Shown: positions 10,901-20,468 of the stretch, one piece after another | How positions within the stretch are numbered: the stretch's first letter is position 1 | How the letters are laid out: the number at the start of each line of letters is the position of its first letter | IMG/VR virus record: IMGVR_UViG_3300031885_000003 | Span: 1-64,000 of that record | Length of the DNA stretch: 64,000 nucleotides | Source: a virus | Strand: one strand, 5' to 3' | The notes under the pieces: generated by a model | What the model saw: the letters and a program-made list of their open reading frames with translations, nothing else | Database searches by the model: none | What the model was told of the DNA's origin: nothing | Translations under genes and position numbers: made by a program

Positions 10901-13129
10901 GCCAAAGTCTTCCGTGGTCATGGGGCCGCGCAAGGGCCTGATGCCGCCTTCGCGCACCCTCTCTCGAAACTGTTTGACGGCCTGGTTGGTGTCATCGAGT
11001 ACCGCCTCACGGGTCGTGGCCCCGACAGTTTTGGGTGTTACGGCGGGAAGCGGCGCTGACAAATCACTCATGCTCGAAATAAGACCGGGTGGGGTCTTTG
11101 GGCCTATTCGGGCCGGAGTAGTTTGGGGCGGTGCCGGAGCAAGCGGAGTCTCCGGCACCGCTGGGGTGGTCGGCTCCTTCCGGGGGGCCGTGAGAGTCTC
11201 TGGCGCTACTTGCGGGGCTTCTTCTTGCCCTTTCCTTTGCACGGCATTGGGGGATACCTCCGTTGGTTGGGGTTGAGTCGGCATTGACCGTCTTTGCATC
11301 TCACTCATGATCGCAGGTCTTACCTTGTCGCCCATTGCCCATTCATTCGCGTCGATCTCGGGTCTGCCCCACTCCCGGGCTATCTCGTTGTATTGGCCAA
11401 GCTCAAGGTTACTCTGGGGTTCTTTGACCTGCGCTACCGGGGCAGGCGCTGGCGCCGTTGGCCCGGGCTGAACGATCTCGGGTCTGGTCGGGGGTTTACC
11501 CGCTGGAACCGCGGGGGTCTCCTGGGGCATCCTAGGCGTTCCCTCGAGCACTGGTGGGACGGCTTCCCGCGCGGCAAGAGCTTCCTGCGCCGCCAGAACC
11601 CCGTGTTTGGCGTCTTGTCTGACCCGTTCAATCGGCATCCGGATGTAAATGTTGTCCGTTGCGACTATAGGCGGTGTGACCGGGGTGGTCTCCGGTTTCC
11701 CTTGAGTCACTCCGGGCAGACCGGACACGTCCGCGCCGGGAGCGCCGATCTCCTTCCTGATTTCTTCGACGGCCTGTGTTGCCGTTTTGCCTTCCGCGGC
11801 CTTCCTGGCAACAAGGCCATCGGCTATGGCGCGGGATACGCCAAACGCGGCGACCATAGCGGCCGCGTCTTCAAAATCTGCCACTCCCGGCAACCGCCCT
11901 TCCGGCACCGACGAAGCCGCTGCGAAGAGCGGGACTTCGGCGGCACCTTTTATGAGGGCTTGCGCCGTCTTCGATGCCGGGGCCAATGTCTGCGCTACGG
12001 GTTCGAGGGCCTTTCCAGTCGCGCCGAGTAGCGCCCCGAGTGTGGCAGGTTTGACACCGGCATAGAGGGCTTCCGCCAGCCCGCCCGCCGATTCTACGAG
12101 ACCCTGTGGCGGGCCACCACGCCCCTTTCCTTCACGTGGAAGAGGTGTTGGTTTCTCACCTTCTTCTATCCACACGCTACGGCCCTGAGCAAGTCGTTCC
12201 TTGGCATGGGCAACGCCCTTGGCCCAGATGCGCTCTGTCATTGGACTACGTTCTGTAATTTTTCCGCCCGTCAATAGCCACTTGAGTTCTTCAGTGGTAA
12301 GCGTCGGCACTATCGAGGGAATCAGTACGTCTTTACCTTCAAGAACGTCTCCAGAGCCGATGCTGATTTCGCTAGCAACACCTTCGCGATCCCCCAACCA
12401 TTTGAGAGGACCGAAGTAGCCAGATCCTTTTAATGTATTATCTTCCCTTTTATCTCGGGCGTTCGGGTTCAAACTACTAGGTGGAGCGAGTTCAAGCGCC
12501 TGTTGTGTTTGTATGCGCTGATCGCCGCCACGCTGGATGTCTTGTATCATGGCATCTTTGAGAATGGCCGGCAAAGCGAACATACCCGCGCCCGCGCCAG
12601 CCGGACCTCCGCCAAGCGCCGCACCTAACGCCCCACCGGCAACCATAGGGGGTAAATCGGCAGCCAATCCAGTCAGCAGTTGCGTGATCCGTTCGCCCGC
12701 GCCTATGGGCTGAAAGTCGGGGACTTTCTGGGTTGCAGCGATTCCCAACACCGACCCTTGTAACCCGGCCTTGGCCGCTTGGCCGAGTTGCCCGCCCGGA
12801 TATGTTTCAGTGCCCGGGATGAGATTGCCCTGGGTGTCAGCCAGCGGCGGCGATGGTGCGCCAAGGAGATGTTCTTTGACTGCGGTCCCCACTTGCGCGA
12901 GTGCCTGCGGGATGTCGTTGTAGACTGCCGCAGCCATTGACCCGGGCAATTGGCGCAACATCCCAGTCTGTTCGGGTTTGGGGATGTTGCCGATGTCAAC
13001 ACCCCATTCGGCAAGCCGGTCACGGCGGGACTGGATGGAGAACTTTATCTGGTCGTCAGAGAAATTGTCGGGGAAATCGAGGTCAAGTTCGCCCCCGTCT
13101 TTCTTGCTGAACGTGATGGTTTGCGGCAT
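7916..13129 (-). CDS. Large internal virion (ejection) protein, 1737 aa
   Basis: Last and largest gene of the podovirus operon; Ala/Gly-rich hydrophobic stretches, Pro-rich linker, helical C-terminus. Confidence 0.75.
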   Translation of the reverse strand: MPQTITFSKKDGGELDLDFPDNFSDDQIKFSIQSRRDRLAEWGVDIGNIPKPEQTGMLRQLPGSMAAAVYNDIPQALAQVGTAVKEHLLGAPSPPLADTQGNLIPGTETYPGGQLGQAAKAGLQGSVLGIAATQKVPDFQPIGAGERITQLLTGLAADLPPMVAGGALGAALGGGPAGAGAGMFALPAILKDAMIQDIQRGGDQRIQTQQALELAPPSSLNPNARDKREDNTLKGSGYFGPLKWLGDREGVASEISIGSGDVLEGKDVLIPSIVPTLTTEELKWLLTGGKITERSPMTERIWAKGVAHAKERLAQGRSVWIEEGEKPTPLPREGKGRGGPPQGLVESAGGLAEALYAGVKPATLGALLGATGKALEPVAQTLAPASKTAQALIKGAAEVPLFAAASSVPEGRLPGVADFEDAAAMVAAFGVSRAIADGLVARKAAEGKTATQAVEEIRKEIGAPGADVSGLPGVTQGKPETTPVTPPIVATDNIYIRMPIERVRQDAKHGVLAAQEALAAREAVPPVLEGTPRMPQETPAVPAGKPPTRPEIVQPGPTAPAPAPVAQVKEPQSNLELGQYNEIAREWGRPEIDANEWAMGDKVRPAIMSEMQRRSMPTQPQPTEVSPNAVQRKGQEEAPQVAPETLTAPRKEPTTPAVPETPLAPAPPQTTPARIGPKTPPGLISSMSDLSAPLPAVTPKTVGATTREAVLDDTNQAVKQFRERVREGGIRPLRGPMTTEDFGGAFPPGLFRRDAKTTWDQWGQEAVEMGLLDPDHTTNEFRDLLVGKNKNVRRYGEEREGAARKRYGDEYVDAQIETPAQVPETVETPERWGPPGLSREAEGIVGVYGSEVQAISALESQRKVLESEQSSTKTVDKLLVELRGETPGQEELFGETAIEARPRADLPGQRRFVGKPLGIVPPGATAIPDAIRDATDGMVRLVAPTLRRGGKETGAITSEEVSKAARAMDAFHEAMKPADTTFQRAAPQDNIDFMQRMDTGQAQSNPQLQATADSIRSLFEAKVKAVQALGTGKLEEVRDSYFPHIWKEKGATAQQAMGRRPWEGGKSFLRQRVYDDVQAGLDAGYTPVSTNPLDLVAIKMSEMDKYLIAHQTINALKGSGQIEFVRLGKKAPDGFTKINDRYSTVYAPKAEGGAGPQLVGHYYAADAAAQVINNYLSQSLYNNKYFGSPFRTYMGAANSLNQFQLGMFSMFHGGFVTMESVISEGALGIRQLSQGRLVPAMRSFVKAPVAPILNFRQGDRLIKEWLKPGSQGGDMAGIIDALMASGGKLHPWGRYTMETGHTRQMVQDWKAGGLTKKGAAVLRSPLVLAEQSARPIMEVLVPRIKFGVFGEMMNDWMAQNPGAGHEEMRASAREIWNRVDSRLGQVNYDRIFMNNAAKNVVQALVRAPGWTGGTILEVGGGGIDLAKVAADLVRFRKPEITNRAAYTISLLLTTALVNGALTTAFTGETPTDRDFWAFRTGRKDEYGKDERMMLPTYAKDLFAYWRSPLGTLGHKANPLISAGIDVVKNQDYYGNQIRDEFAPIMTQLAQVAGFVAKQYIPFWVRGAQRNVGAGEGIGGVIPPLVGIMPASKVLTQTKAEALLDEMRMGDRPVGGYSTEDTKRYQTIAALRRGHVRGNITSIRQAVETAEKAGVTLNRANLESIFSSGKKGTNADIERAGDRIRERTVPEMMQVWEAMMPEEKEVYRIPILQKIKRSETISEEDRKKAWTLVERKSP

Positions 13130-13137
13130 TCCCTACC

Positions 13138-14157
13138 TCACGGGGCAAACAGTTCTGCGGCGGTACGTTTCTTCTTGTTGGCTTCAGTCGGAGCCGCTTC
13201 TGCATTTCCAAACCTCTTGAGCAATTCGGCGCGAAGAGAGTCGTATACGGCCCGCTCCGGTGTGCCCTCCTCTGGAGGCGTGATGTAGGCGTTTTTCATA
13301 GTGGGCCACTCCCGTTGAATCGCCTCGTCTTTGAACCCTTCATACCCGGCCTTTTTGGGTTGCGTCGCCGTTTTCGCCTTCTGTTCAGCAATTGTGGCAT
13401 TTGCTTCAACGGTGCGTTCTTTGGGTGACTTGGGGGCAAACCAGCCCTGCATCTCTTCGCCAAGACTTGCGGGTGGAGCGGCAAGTCCCTGTTGGGCCAG
13501 AAGGCGTTGTCCCTCTTCTCGCGTCATCAACCCGGCATTTATAGCCTGGATGATCTCGTACTTTGTCCAACCGCCAGCCGCACCGCCGCCGCGAGCACCG
13601 ACCTGACCCGTCAAGGCTTTGATATAGTCGAGACTGGCCTTCTCTTGTTCGGTAAGGGGCAATTCGCGTTTCTGTTTTTCGGCCTCCATCTGCCGATTCA
13701 ATATCTCATCCTGCATTGCCGCCTGCCGGTTGACCATCATTTCGTTGGCGAGTATCTGGCCGACCATGTGGAGTTTGGCCTGTTCCGCCGCTCCCGGCTG
13801 ATTGAGTTGGTTTTGCAGTTGCGCTCGTTCCAACCCCATCCGCTCTTGGGCCATCTGGTTTTGCAGCATCTGGGCCATCTGGCTCTGGGCCATCGCCTGA
13901 TCCTCTTGCCCGAGTCGTTGTTCCGCAACGTTGGTCTGCGCCGCGCCTTGGATCATCTGTGGTGTGATCCACATGCTGTTCTTCGGGACTTTCGGTGTCA
14001 CACTCCGCTGCGGTTGCAGCGCCGACATGAGTTGCTGGGCCACCATGAGTTGCAGCGGGTTGATCTGTTGCGCCTGTGGCAATTGCACCGGGGCCTGCGG
14101 TTTCGGCGCGTATGGCTGAAGCCGGAGAAGATAATCATCGAGTGTCGCGGTAGGCAT
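13138..14157 (-). CDS. Gln-rich internal virion/ejection protein
   Basis: Position; Q/M/A-rich helical composition. Confidence 0.65.
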   Translation of the reverse strand: MPTATLDDYLLRLQPYAPKPQAPVQLPQAQQINPLQLMVAQQLMSALQPQRSVTPKVPKNSMWITPQMIQGAAQTNVAEQRLGQEDQAMAQSQMAQMLQNQMAQERMGLERAQLQNQLNQPGAAEQAKLHMVGQILANEMMVNRQAAMQDEILNRQMEAEKQKRELPLTEQEKASLDYIKALTGQVGARGGGAAGGWTKYEIIQAINAGLMTREEGQRLLAQQGLAAPPASLGEEMQGWFAPKSPKERTVEANATIAEQKAKTATQPKKAGYEGFKDEAIQREWPTMKNAYITPPEEGTPERAVYDSLRAELLKRFGNAEAAPTEANKKKRTAAELFAP

Positions 14158-14160
14158 GGA

Positions 14161-14862
14161 TCAGGTTCCCCCCATCATCCGTTGGATCATCATTAGGGTC
14201 AAGAGGTCAGACATTCCGGCCCCGCCCGCACCACCAAAGAGGGAACCGAGCAGGCCACCGCCAGCGGCTGAAGTAGCGTTTGCCGCCAACTGTGCAGCGG
14301 TAGGTGGCGCCATTGCGGCTGACGGGATAAGTCCGGCTCCCATCGCAGATACAGGTGCGGCAGCGCCAGCACCTACACTCATAACATTGGCTCCGGCGCC
14401 AGCGCCAGCCGCCGCGCCCCCTGCACCCAAAGCGCCAAGCGCCGTGCCGCCAAGACCGCCAAGCGCACCGCCAATGCCGCCCATTCCGGCGTAACGCAAA
14501 GTGTTTCCAAGGTCAAATTTACCGCCTCCAGCCAACTCGCCTGCGGTGCCACCGAGCGCACCGCCAAGAGCACCAGCACCCGCCATTGCCGGAATTGCAG
14601 CAAGAGACAAACCGCCAGTTGGGATCGCCAACAGAGCGCCGGCCAGCCCGCCGAGCGTACCGCCAAGACCACCCAATTTTGCGGCCTTCTTTTTCTTCTC
14701 CTGCTCCTCCATCATTTGCTGGTACTCAAGGTTCGCGGCGATACCTTGCCCCGTCTGGACGGTGTTCTGGCTCATGCCGAGCAGCCCTGGGTTGTTACCT
14801 GCAAACCCCTGGCCGAGATTGCCGAACAACTGGCCGAGGGATGGGAAAATCGACATATTCAT
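14161..14862 (-). CDS. Gly/Ala-rich DNA transfer (pilot-like) protein
   Basis: Glycine-zipper segments GGLGGTLGGLAG; position. Confidence 0.7.
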   Translation of the reverse strand: MNMSIFPSLGQLFGNLGQGFAGNNPGLLGMSQNTVQTGQGIAANLEYQQMMEEQEKKKKAAKLGGLGGTLGGLAGALLAIPTGGLSLAAIPAMAGAGALGGALGGTAGELAGGGKFDLGNTLRYAGMGGIGGALGGLGGTALGALGAGGAAAGAGAGANVMSVGAGAAAPVSAMGAGLIPSAAMAPPTAAQLAANATSAAGGGLLGSLFGGAGGAGMSDLLTLMMIQRMMGGT

Positions 14863-14872
14863 TTCATATCTC

Positions 14873-15745
14873 CTATTTGCCGAACAGGCCGGGGAGAACG
14901 TTCATCGCACTGCCAGCGGTGTTCAGGATAAGCGACAATCCTGCCTGCCACGGTTCAAGACCGCGTTGCAAGGTTGGCGCGCCGCTCATAATATTGTGTG
15001 CCCTCACTTCGGACAGCAGGTTCAGGTTCCACCTCTCGGCTTCCACATCGACCTTGATCTGGTTTGCCACCAGATCCGAGTTGGCAAGGATATTGGCTTT
15101 TGCGAAGTCGAGCCGCATTTGCGCCATGATCCGATTGGACTCGATACGGTACCGGAGCGCGTCGAACAATTGGGATATGGCCTGCAAGACGATACTCGCC
15201 CGGAGTTTCTTGGCTTCGAGCAGCATCTGGGCGCGGTACTCAGCCACCTTATCGTTATGCGCTTTTTCCAGGGTTGCCCCGGCAAGGAAGAATGCCGTGC
15301 CGTATGCCGCGCCCATCTCGCCAAGTTGGGCTTGCTGTCGTGCCTTGGACCGTTGTAACGCGGGTATGTTGGCCGTGTCGAAAGCGTCCACCACGGCGAC
15401 GATGTCGCCTTCCCAAGTCAGGTCGGCGTCGATCCGTGCCTTGACTTTGGCTAACAGGTCTTCCCAGTCCGTCTCGGGGTCGAACATCTGGACAAGCACG
15501 TCGGCATCTTCCAGCCGGGACAGCGCATCATCGAGTTCCGGATTGGGATCGTGAAGTACGGCAAGCGCGTAGGGAGACGTGCTTCCAGTGAGATCCCATG
15601 CCGCTTCAAGGGCTGCCCTGAAATTGTAGATCGCATAAGATGACGGATCGCCCCATGTTGTAGCATCCTTTAGGCCGGAGATTGCCTGATAGACCGCCGC
15701 TGTCTGTGTCGGAACGGTAGTGCCACCCCATGCTTCCCCGCCCAT
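14873..15745 (-). CDS. Internal virion/ejection protein
   Basis: MGG start, helical, hydrophobic C-terminus; position after the GNAT-like gene. Confidence 0.6.
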   Translation of the reverse strand: MGGEAWGGTTVPTQTAAVYQAISGLKDATTWGDPSSYAIYNFRAALEAAWDLTGSTSPYALAVLHDPNPELDDALSRLEDADVLVQMFDPETDWEDLLAKVKARIDADLTWEGDIVAVVDAFDTANIPALQRSKARQQAQLGEMGAAYGTAFFLAGATLEKAHNDKVAEYRAQMLLEAKKLRASIVLQAISQLFDALRYRIESNRIMAQMRLDFAKANILANSDLVANQIKVDVEAERWNLNLLSEVRAHNIMSGAPTLQRGLEPWQAGLSLILNTAGSAMNVLPGLFGK

Positions 15746-15747
15746 AT

Positions 15748-16245
15748 CTATACCTCCAACCGGACTAGCCGGTAGTCAGTGGTGCCAGCCAAATGTTTTA
15801 CTAATTTCTCGATGACCAGGTTATTGGTGATTGCGAAAATAGTCTTGCAACCGTTCTGTCGGGCGAACTCGCGCAGAGTTTCAATGATGGTCCCCACCAG
15901 CGGAGCCGGGGGGAGTTCGTTAATGAACAAGGAGTAAATCCATAGACTCTTTACTGCTGAGATTGCCGGGGACGTCATTTTGGTTACTACGCCGCCGTAA
16001 ACGTAGCAAGTACCTTCACCCCGTTTTGTAGCGATCCAGACCTGCAACTCGCCTTTCATCACCGCCGCCAGCACGTTGTTCATCGCCCCTGGGTCGTCCG
16101 ACACTTCTGTCGGCGGCAGAGACGCTTTGATCGCCGGCTCCAGTTGCGGCCATATGACGTTGACCTGCTCAGAACTGAGTGGTTCCAGCGCCAGCACGGG
16201 TTTAACCAGACTTGGCGAGGGCGCCGGCTGCGTTTCGTTTGTCAT
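15748..16245 (-). CDS. GNAT-fold-like virion-operon protein
   Basis: W..L...I, GELQVW, FAR.NGC..I pattern seen between nozzle and ejection genes; GGAG before ATG16245. Confidence 0.6.
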   Translation of the reverse strand: MTNETQPAPSPSLVKPVLALEPLSSEQVNVIWPQLEPAIKASLPPTEVSDDPGAMNNVLAAVMKGELQVWIATKRGEGTCYVYGGVVTKMTSPAISAVKSLWIYSLFINELPPAPLVGTIIETLREFARQNGCKTIFAITNNLVIEKLVKHLAGTTDYRLVRLEV

Positions 16246-18148
16246 CGAGAGATTCTCCAATGTTGAAGTAATCGAATTTACCGAGCGTGCCCCATGTGCC
16301 GGTGTACCGGACCCGGAAGTCGGTGCCGGAAACCACAGGAAACGCAAACCCCTCCTGTGAACACGTAATTTCAATTGAACGGGTGTAGGTTGTGCCTGCG
16401 CTGTGTTTGTACTCGACACAGTTCTTCAGGTTTGTGACATCCGTTACCGCCGCCTCAGTGGACTTTACGGTTTTCAACCCGCGGCGGTTAAGGTCAATGG
16501 AGTCGGTCACAACCTCGAAGTTCTGGTCGGCCCCGGCTGCCGGCGAGTACGCAGAGATCAGACCGGAGGAGACATACGACAGGTGCGTTGGAAACAATTT
16601 AATCCTGCCAAATCCGGTCTTGGACCGAATATAGCCGTATGTTCCGTCGCAAATATAGTAATCCCACTGGTCAGGGTCGAATGTCACAACAATGTTGGCG
16701 TCCGTCATCGCAGCCGTGAATTCGCTGTAGCCGAGACGTTCCGCAGAAAGGTCTGCTTTGACGTACCAGACGGTCCCGGTGTTGTCCACAAAACAATGTT
16801 GCCGATGATCCCCGCCCACGGCCCCGCGCCCGGCTACCCCGACATCGACCACGTCCACGGTGCGGTAGATCGCCATGCCGTCTTTTTGCTGCGGAACGAT
16901 GGCCGTGATGCCGTTGTCGCCATAAGCGATCACGGTGTCACCCATGCGTTTCAGACACTTCACTGCGCCCTGCCACGGCATCGGGATAAATCCGATGTCG
17001 CCTTTTCGGATCATTTCGAGGTAGTGGGATTTGAGCAGGTCCACTTCTGTCTGCCCGGGCAACCCCAGCATTGCAAGTTCAACAGAGAACGGCCACATGT
17101 ACTCTTTCCCGCCCAATGCCGAGTACATGACGATGTTCGGCCCCATCGCCATTGTCTGATTAGTCATAATGTCGTGCGGCGAGTGCTTGATCCAGGTGGC
17201 CCAGAGTTCCGTCCAGTCCGCGTCGGAGAAGTAGGTGGTCGCTGCGGGCAGTCCAGCAATCAGGAGCCGGTTGTCGAAGTTGCACATCGTTGTCGGCACG
17301 AACGGCCATGCCCCCGCCTCTGTCTCGACCACGTAAGTGGTCCAGCGGTTGTACAGCATGGTGCGGCACACGATGCAGGTGCCGTTGGTCATAAACCAGG
17401 TATCCTCGAAATCGGCAAAATGCCAGGGCCCGATACCGTTGGGGATTGTCGCCACCTTGATCTCTTTCACCGACACGTTGTCAATGGTGCCGTCAAACGT
17501 GTTGGTTGGCGTGAAGATGAAATCGAGCGAGCCGCTGCATACGAGGTCTTCGGTGTAGGTTCCGTCCTGAGTGACTGCCGTGCCGGTGCCCGTGGTGCCA
17601 ACCTTGGCCGTGACGGATCCCGCCGTCATGGCCGAGACGGTGTATTTCACGCGGTAGAGATGGGCGTTCTGCAACGCCACGGCCTGAGACGCGGAAAGTT
17701 GGCTGAGGGTCGCCGTACTGCCCGCCGTGTGGGTGACAGCGTTGGAGGCATAAGCCCAATTCGCGCCGAGCGTCCAGTTATTCGCGTTGCCGGTGAACGT
17801 GCCGTTGGTGAGGGTTTCGGTCTGCGGATCGCCGAGGTTATAGAGGGCCAGCACTGTAGTGGTCCAACCAGTTTCCGCAACTTCGTAGACGGCGTTCCGG
17901 GCGCACAGGAGCGTGTGCGTCTTTCCCCGGAACACTTGGGGATACGGCCAGACCAGCAGGTTGTCGGGAGCGCCGAGCGTCCTGTCGGTGATAGGGTAGG
18001 TGATTGTTTCAAGCCGGGACAGGCCGAATTCTGTCGGCTTTGCGTTCAAACACGTACTGAGCCGAGGGGCATTGCGCGGCATACGCTTGTCTTCGCGGAG
18101 TCCCTTTATGAACGGTTCGGCTATCGGGTGATACGTTATCGTTGCCAT
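16202..18148 (-). CDS. Tail nozzle/stabilisation protein paralogue 2 with inserted CBM-like domain
   Basis: Aligns by eye to 18151-20040 (WP.PQ.FRGK, G.WH..D, D.G..P.PWQG, G..GR.AV.GD, ERL.Y). Confidence 0.7.
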   Translation of the reverse strand: MATITYHPIAEPFIKGLREDKRMPRNAPRLSTCLNAKPTEFGLSRLETITYPITDRTLGAPDNLLVWPYPQVFRGKTHTLLCARNAVYEVAETGWTTTVLALYNLGDPQTETLTNGTFTGNANNWTLGANWAYASNAVTHTAGSTATLSQLSASQAVALQNAHLYRVKYTVSAMTAGSVTAKVGTTGTGTAVTQDGTYTEDLVCSGSLDFIFTPTNTFDGTIDNVSVKEIKVATIPNGIGPWHFADFEDTWFMTNGTCIVCRTMLYNRWTTYVVETEAGAWPFVPTTMCNFDNRLLIAGLPAATTYFSDADWTELWATWIKHSPHDIMTNQTMAMGPNIVMYSALGGKEYMWPFSVELAMLGLPGQTEVDLLKSHYLEMIRKGDIGFIPMPWQGAVKCLKRMGDTVIAYGDNGITAIVPQQKDGMAIYRTVDVVDVGVAGRGAVGGDHRQHCFVDNTGTVWYVKADLSAERLGYSEFTAAMTDANIVVTFDPDQWDYYICDGTYGYIRSKTGFGRIKLFPTHLSYVSSGLISAYSPAAGADQNFEVVTDSIDLNRRGLKTVKSTEAAVTDVTNLKNCVEYKHSAGTTYTRSIEITCSQEGFAFPVVSGTDFRVRYTGTWGTLGKFDYFNIGESLDDKRNAAGALAKSG

Positions 18149-18150
18149 GT

Positions 18151-20040
18151 CTATTGCCACCCTCCAAGGATCTGCCTTATGGACTGTTTTCCATCCGGCG
18201 TCCAATGCAATTTGAGGTAATCCGCTTCGATACTGGTGAGTGTCGGGTTTTCCGCCACGAAGCGAAACTCCACGCTGGTGACGGCGCAAGACACTTTCCC
18301 GTTTGTGCCTAAAATCTGTGCCGCCGAACGCCGCCACGTTGCCGATGCAATGCTCTCTCTGAAGTCAAGGGCCACAGTAGTCGCCAATGACCCCGTGAAT
18401 CCGCCCCACTCGATTTCTCGGATTGTCTTCGGCTCTCTCGTGCCAAGGTCGAACACGTCCGTGACGGCCCGAAACGTGGTGAACAGGTTAGATGAAACAA
18501 CGCCGGCCAGGGTGCCCCCACCACATTCGAGTGAAGTCACGCATTGCGGGATCTTGCTCATACCGCCAGAAGCTGTGAAAAGGTATGAATAGAGAGTAGA
18601 GCCGATTTTGCCGCCGACGTAGAATTCTTCGCGGGTGGAATCGAACGTAACGACAATATCCGTGAGATTGGAAAAGAGCCATTCGTATTCGAGCCTCTCT
18701 GGTTTTTGCCCTGGCTTAAACCGCCAGACACACCCCGTCTTATCCACCATCAGATGAACGCCGTCATCACCGGCCACTGCGGCCCTGCCGTGAATGCCGG
18801 TGTCCAAGAGTTTCTTGAACCCGAGCGTCGGGCCGGATTCGGAATCAAACGGGATCAGTTCGCCAACCCCCTTGTCGCTGTAGATGAGGGCGTTGTTGCC
18901 AAGGGATTTAATGACTCGTTGAGTGCCTTGCCACGGCACCGGCAAGATCCCCATATCGCGCCGGTGTAGGTGCTCAAGGTAAAACGGCCGCGTCAGTCCG
19001 TACTTGCTGACGTCAACATCGTAGACCTGCACGTTGTCGAGGCTGAGAGACGCCCCGGCAGATCCGGTGAATAGCAGGGTCGCGCCGGAGACGGGACAAT
19101 CGACTTCCTCGAAGTAGTAGCCGTCAGCCGACCGCGGAGTAAGCGCCGTGCCGCCAAGAGAGGCCGTGATCGTGCCCGAGACGTAGTTTTTGACCAGATA
19201 ACCGACGCAATAGCGTTTCCCGGCAACAGATGATGCAAGCGCCTGAGACGCGGTATCCGCTCCGGAGAAGTCCAGCTCGAGCGCGACAGCATCCCACATG
19301 GCCGCGTCTGAGAGCGTCCAGTCGGTAGGCGAGACCCGGAACCGAGTTTGAGTAGCGAGTTGGGTTATGGTCAAGGGCCCGTAAATGGCAAGATATGGAA
19401 TGAGCAGAAACAAGATGTCCATCCCGCCATAGGCGGACCAGAACACGGCAGTCTTTGGCAGCGTCAGCGTGATTGTGGTATCGAGGGTGTTCATAAGATG
19501 GCCGATGGCCTGCCACTGAGCGCGACCGTATGTGTCCGTCTCAAACCCGGAGACCAGGACTCTGCCATGATGTTCCGCGCCGCACTGGAAGTAGGCGTCC
19601 GCGCTACCCCATAGTTTCGTGGAAGTCACGTAAAGCACGTTGGTGGCATTGACCAGAATGACAGGACTGCCGAGATCGATGACGTGCCACGCGCCCCCGC
19701 CCGAAACGATGGTGTAGGTTTCATCCATGCCAAACAGGTTCAGCGTGGTACCGGGGACTGCGCCGGTCCACGCGGTTTCGTTGATGATGTAGACGGCCGT
19801 TTCAGTCATCAGCAGAGAAAGTTGTTTGCCCCGGTAGAACTGAGGGAACGGCCACGCCAGCGTGATCCCTTCCGCCGTCATCCAGGTCGCCAGCGGGTTC
19901 ACGATAGTGTCGTATGCGACAAACCCGTACTGATTGGCCTTGCACCCTTGCAGGACGGTGAACCCCTGGGTATTGCGGGGATTGTCGTCGCTATGGACGA
20001 GTCCTTTGGTCAGTCCCTCTTTGTATTCAAGAACGTTCAC
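18151..20040 (-). CDS. Tail nozzle/stabilisation protein paralogue 1 with inserted CBM-like domain
   Basis: Beta-rich, 629 aa, follows adaptor; paralogous to 16202-18148. Confidence 0.7.
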   Translation of the reverse strand: MNVLEYKEGLTKGLVHSDDNPRNTQGFTVLQGCKANQYGFVAYDTIVNPLATWMTAEGITLAWPFPQFYRGKQLSLLMTETAVYIINETAWTGAVPGTTLNLFGMDETYTIVSGGGAWHVIDLGSPVILVNATNVLYVTSTKLWGSADAYFQCGAEHHGRVLVSGFETDTYGRAQWQAIGHLMNTLDTTITLTLPKTAVFWSAYGGMDILFLLIPYLAIYGPLTITQLATQTRFRVSPTDWTLSDAAMWDAVALELDFSGADTASQALASSVAGKRYCVGYLVKNYVSGTITASLGGTALTPRSADGYYFEEVDCPVSGATLLFTGSAGASLSLDNVQVYDVDVSKYGLTRPFYLEHLHRRDMGILPVPWQGTQRVIKSLGNNALIYSDKGVGELIPFDSESGPTLGFKKLLDTGIHGRAAVAGDDGVHLMVDKTGCVWRFKPGQKPERLEYEWLFSNLTDIVVTFDSTREEFYVGGKIGSTLYSYLFTASGGMSKIPQCVTSLECGGGTLAGVVSSNLFTTFRAVTDVFDLGTREPKTIREIEWGGFTGSLATTVALDFRESIASATWRRSAAQILGTNGKVSCAVTSVEFRFVAENPTLTSIEADYLKLHWTPDGKQSIRQILGGWQ

Positions 20041-20468
20041 TTGTCTTTCTTTTCTTTGGCAGTTTCAACCTGTTCGGGAGATGCGCCGGGGTAGTACATG
20101 AACGAGACGTGAAGTACCGGAACGGGTTTGTCCAGTTCGACAAACACCAAGGCGCCCTTCTTCACCGCAAAGGTAAAATCGATGCTGCCGGATTCGTTGG
20201 CGACAACCAGACGGGTGCCTGTCACGGTAGAGCCTTCCGGGACGATAGTGATGCTGGCAGTCTCGCCTTCAGGAAGCCCTTGCGCGCGCACGGTGATGTC
20301 GGCCACAACGCCATCTCGCGGAAATAGAATCGAGTACGGCGATCCGGGGGCCAGATCTATCGCCCTGAGAAACACGGGGGACGGCGCGGCCAGAAAGATC
20401 TCGATCTCTTTTGGCGGGTCAACCACCGTTCGAGGTCGGCGAAATGACATCTTGCTTGGATTCTTCAT
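20037..20468 (-). CDS. Hypothetical beta-rich virion protein
   Basis: Overlaps both neighbours in the operon. Confidence 0.6.
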   Translation of the reverse strand: MKNPSKMSFRRPRTVVDPPKEIEIFLAAPSPVFLRAIDLAPGSPYSILFPRDGVVADITVRAQGLPEGETASITIVPEGSTVTGTRLVVANESGSIDFTFAVKKGALVFVELDKPVPVLHVSFMYYPGASPEQVETAKEKKDK

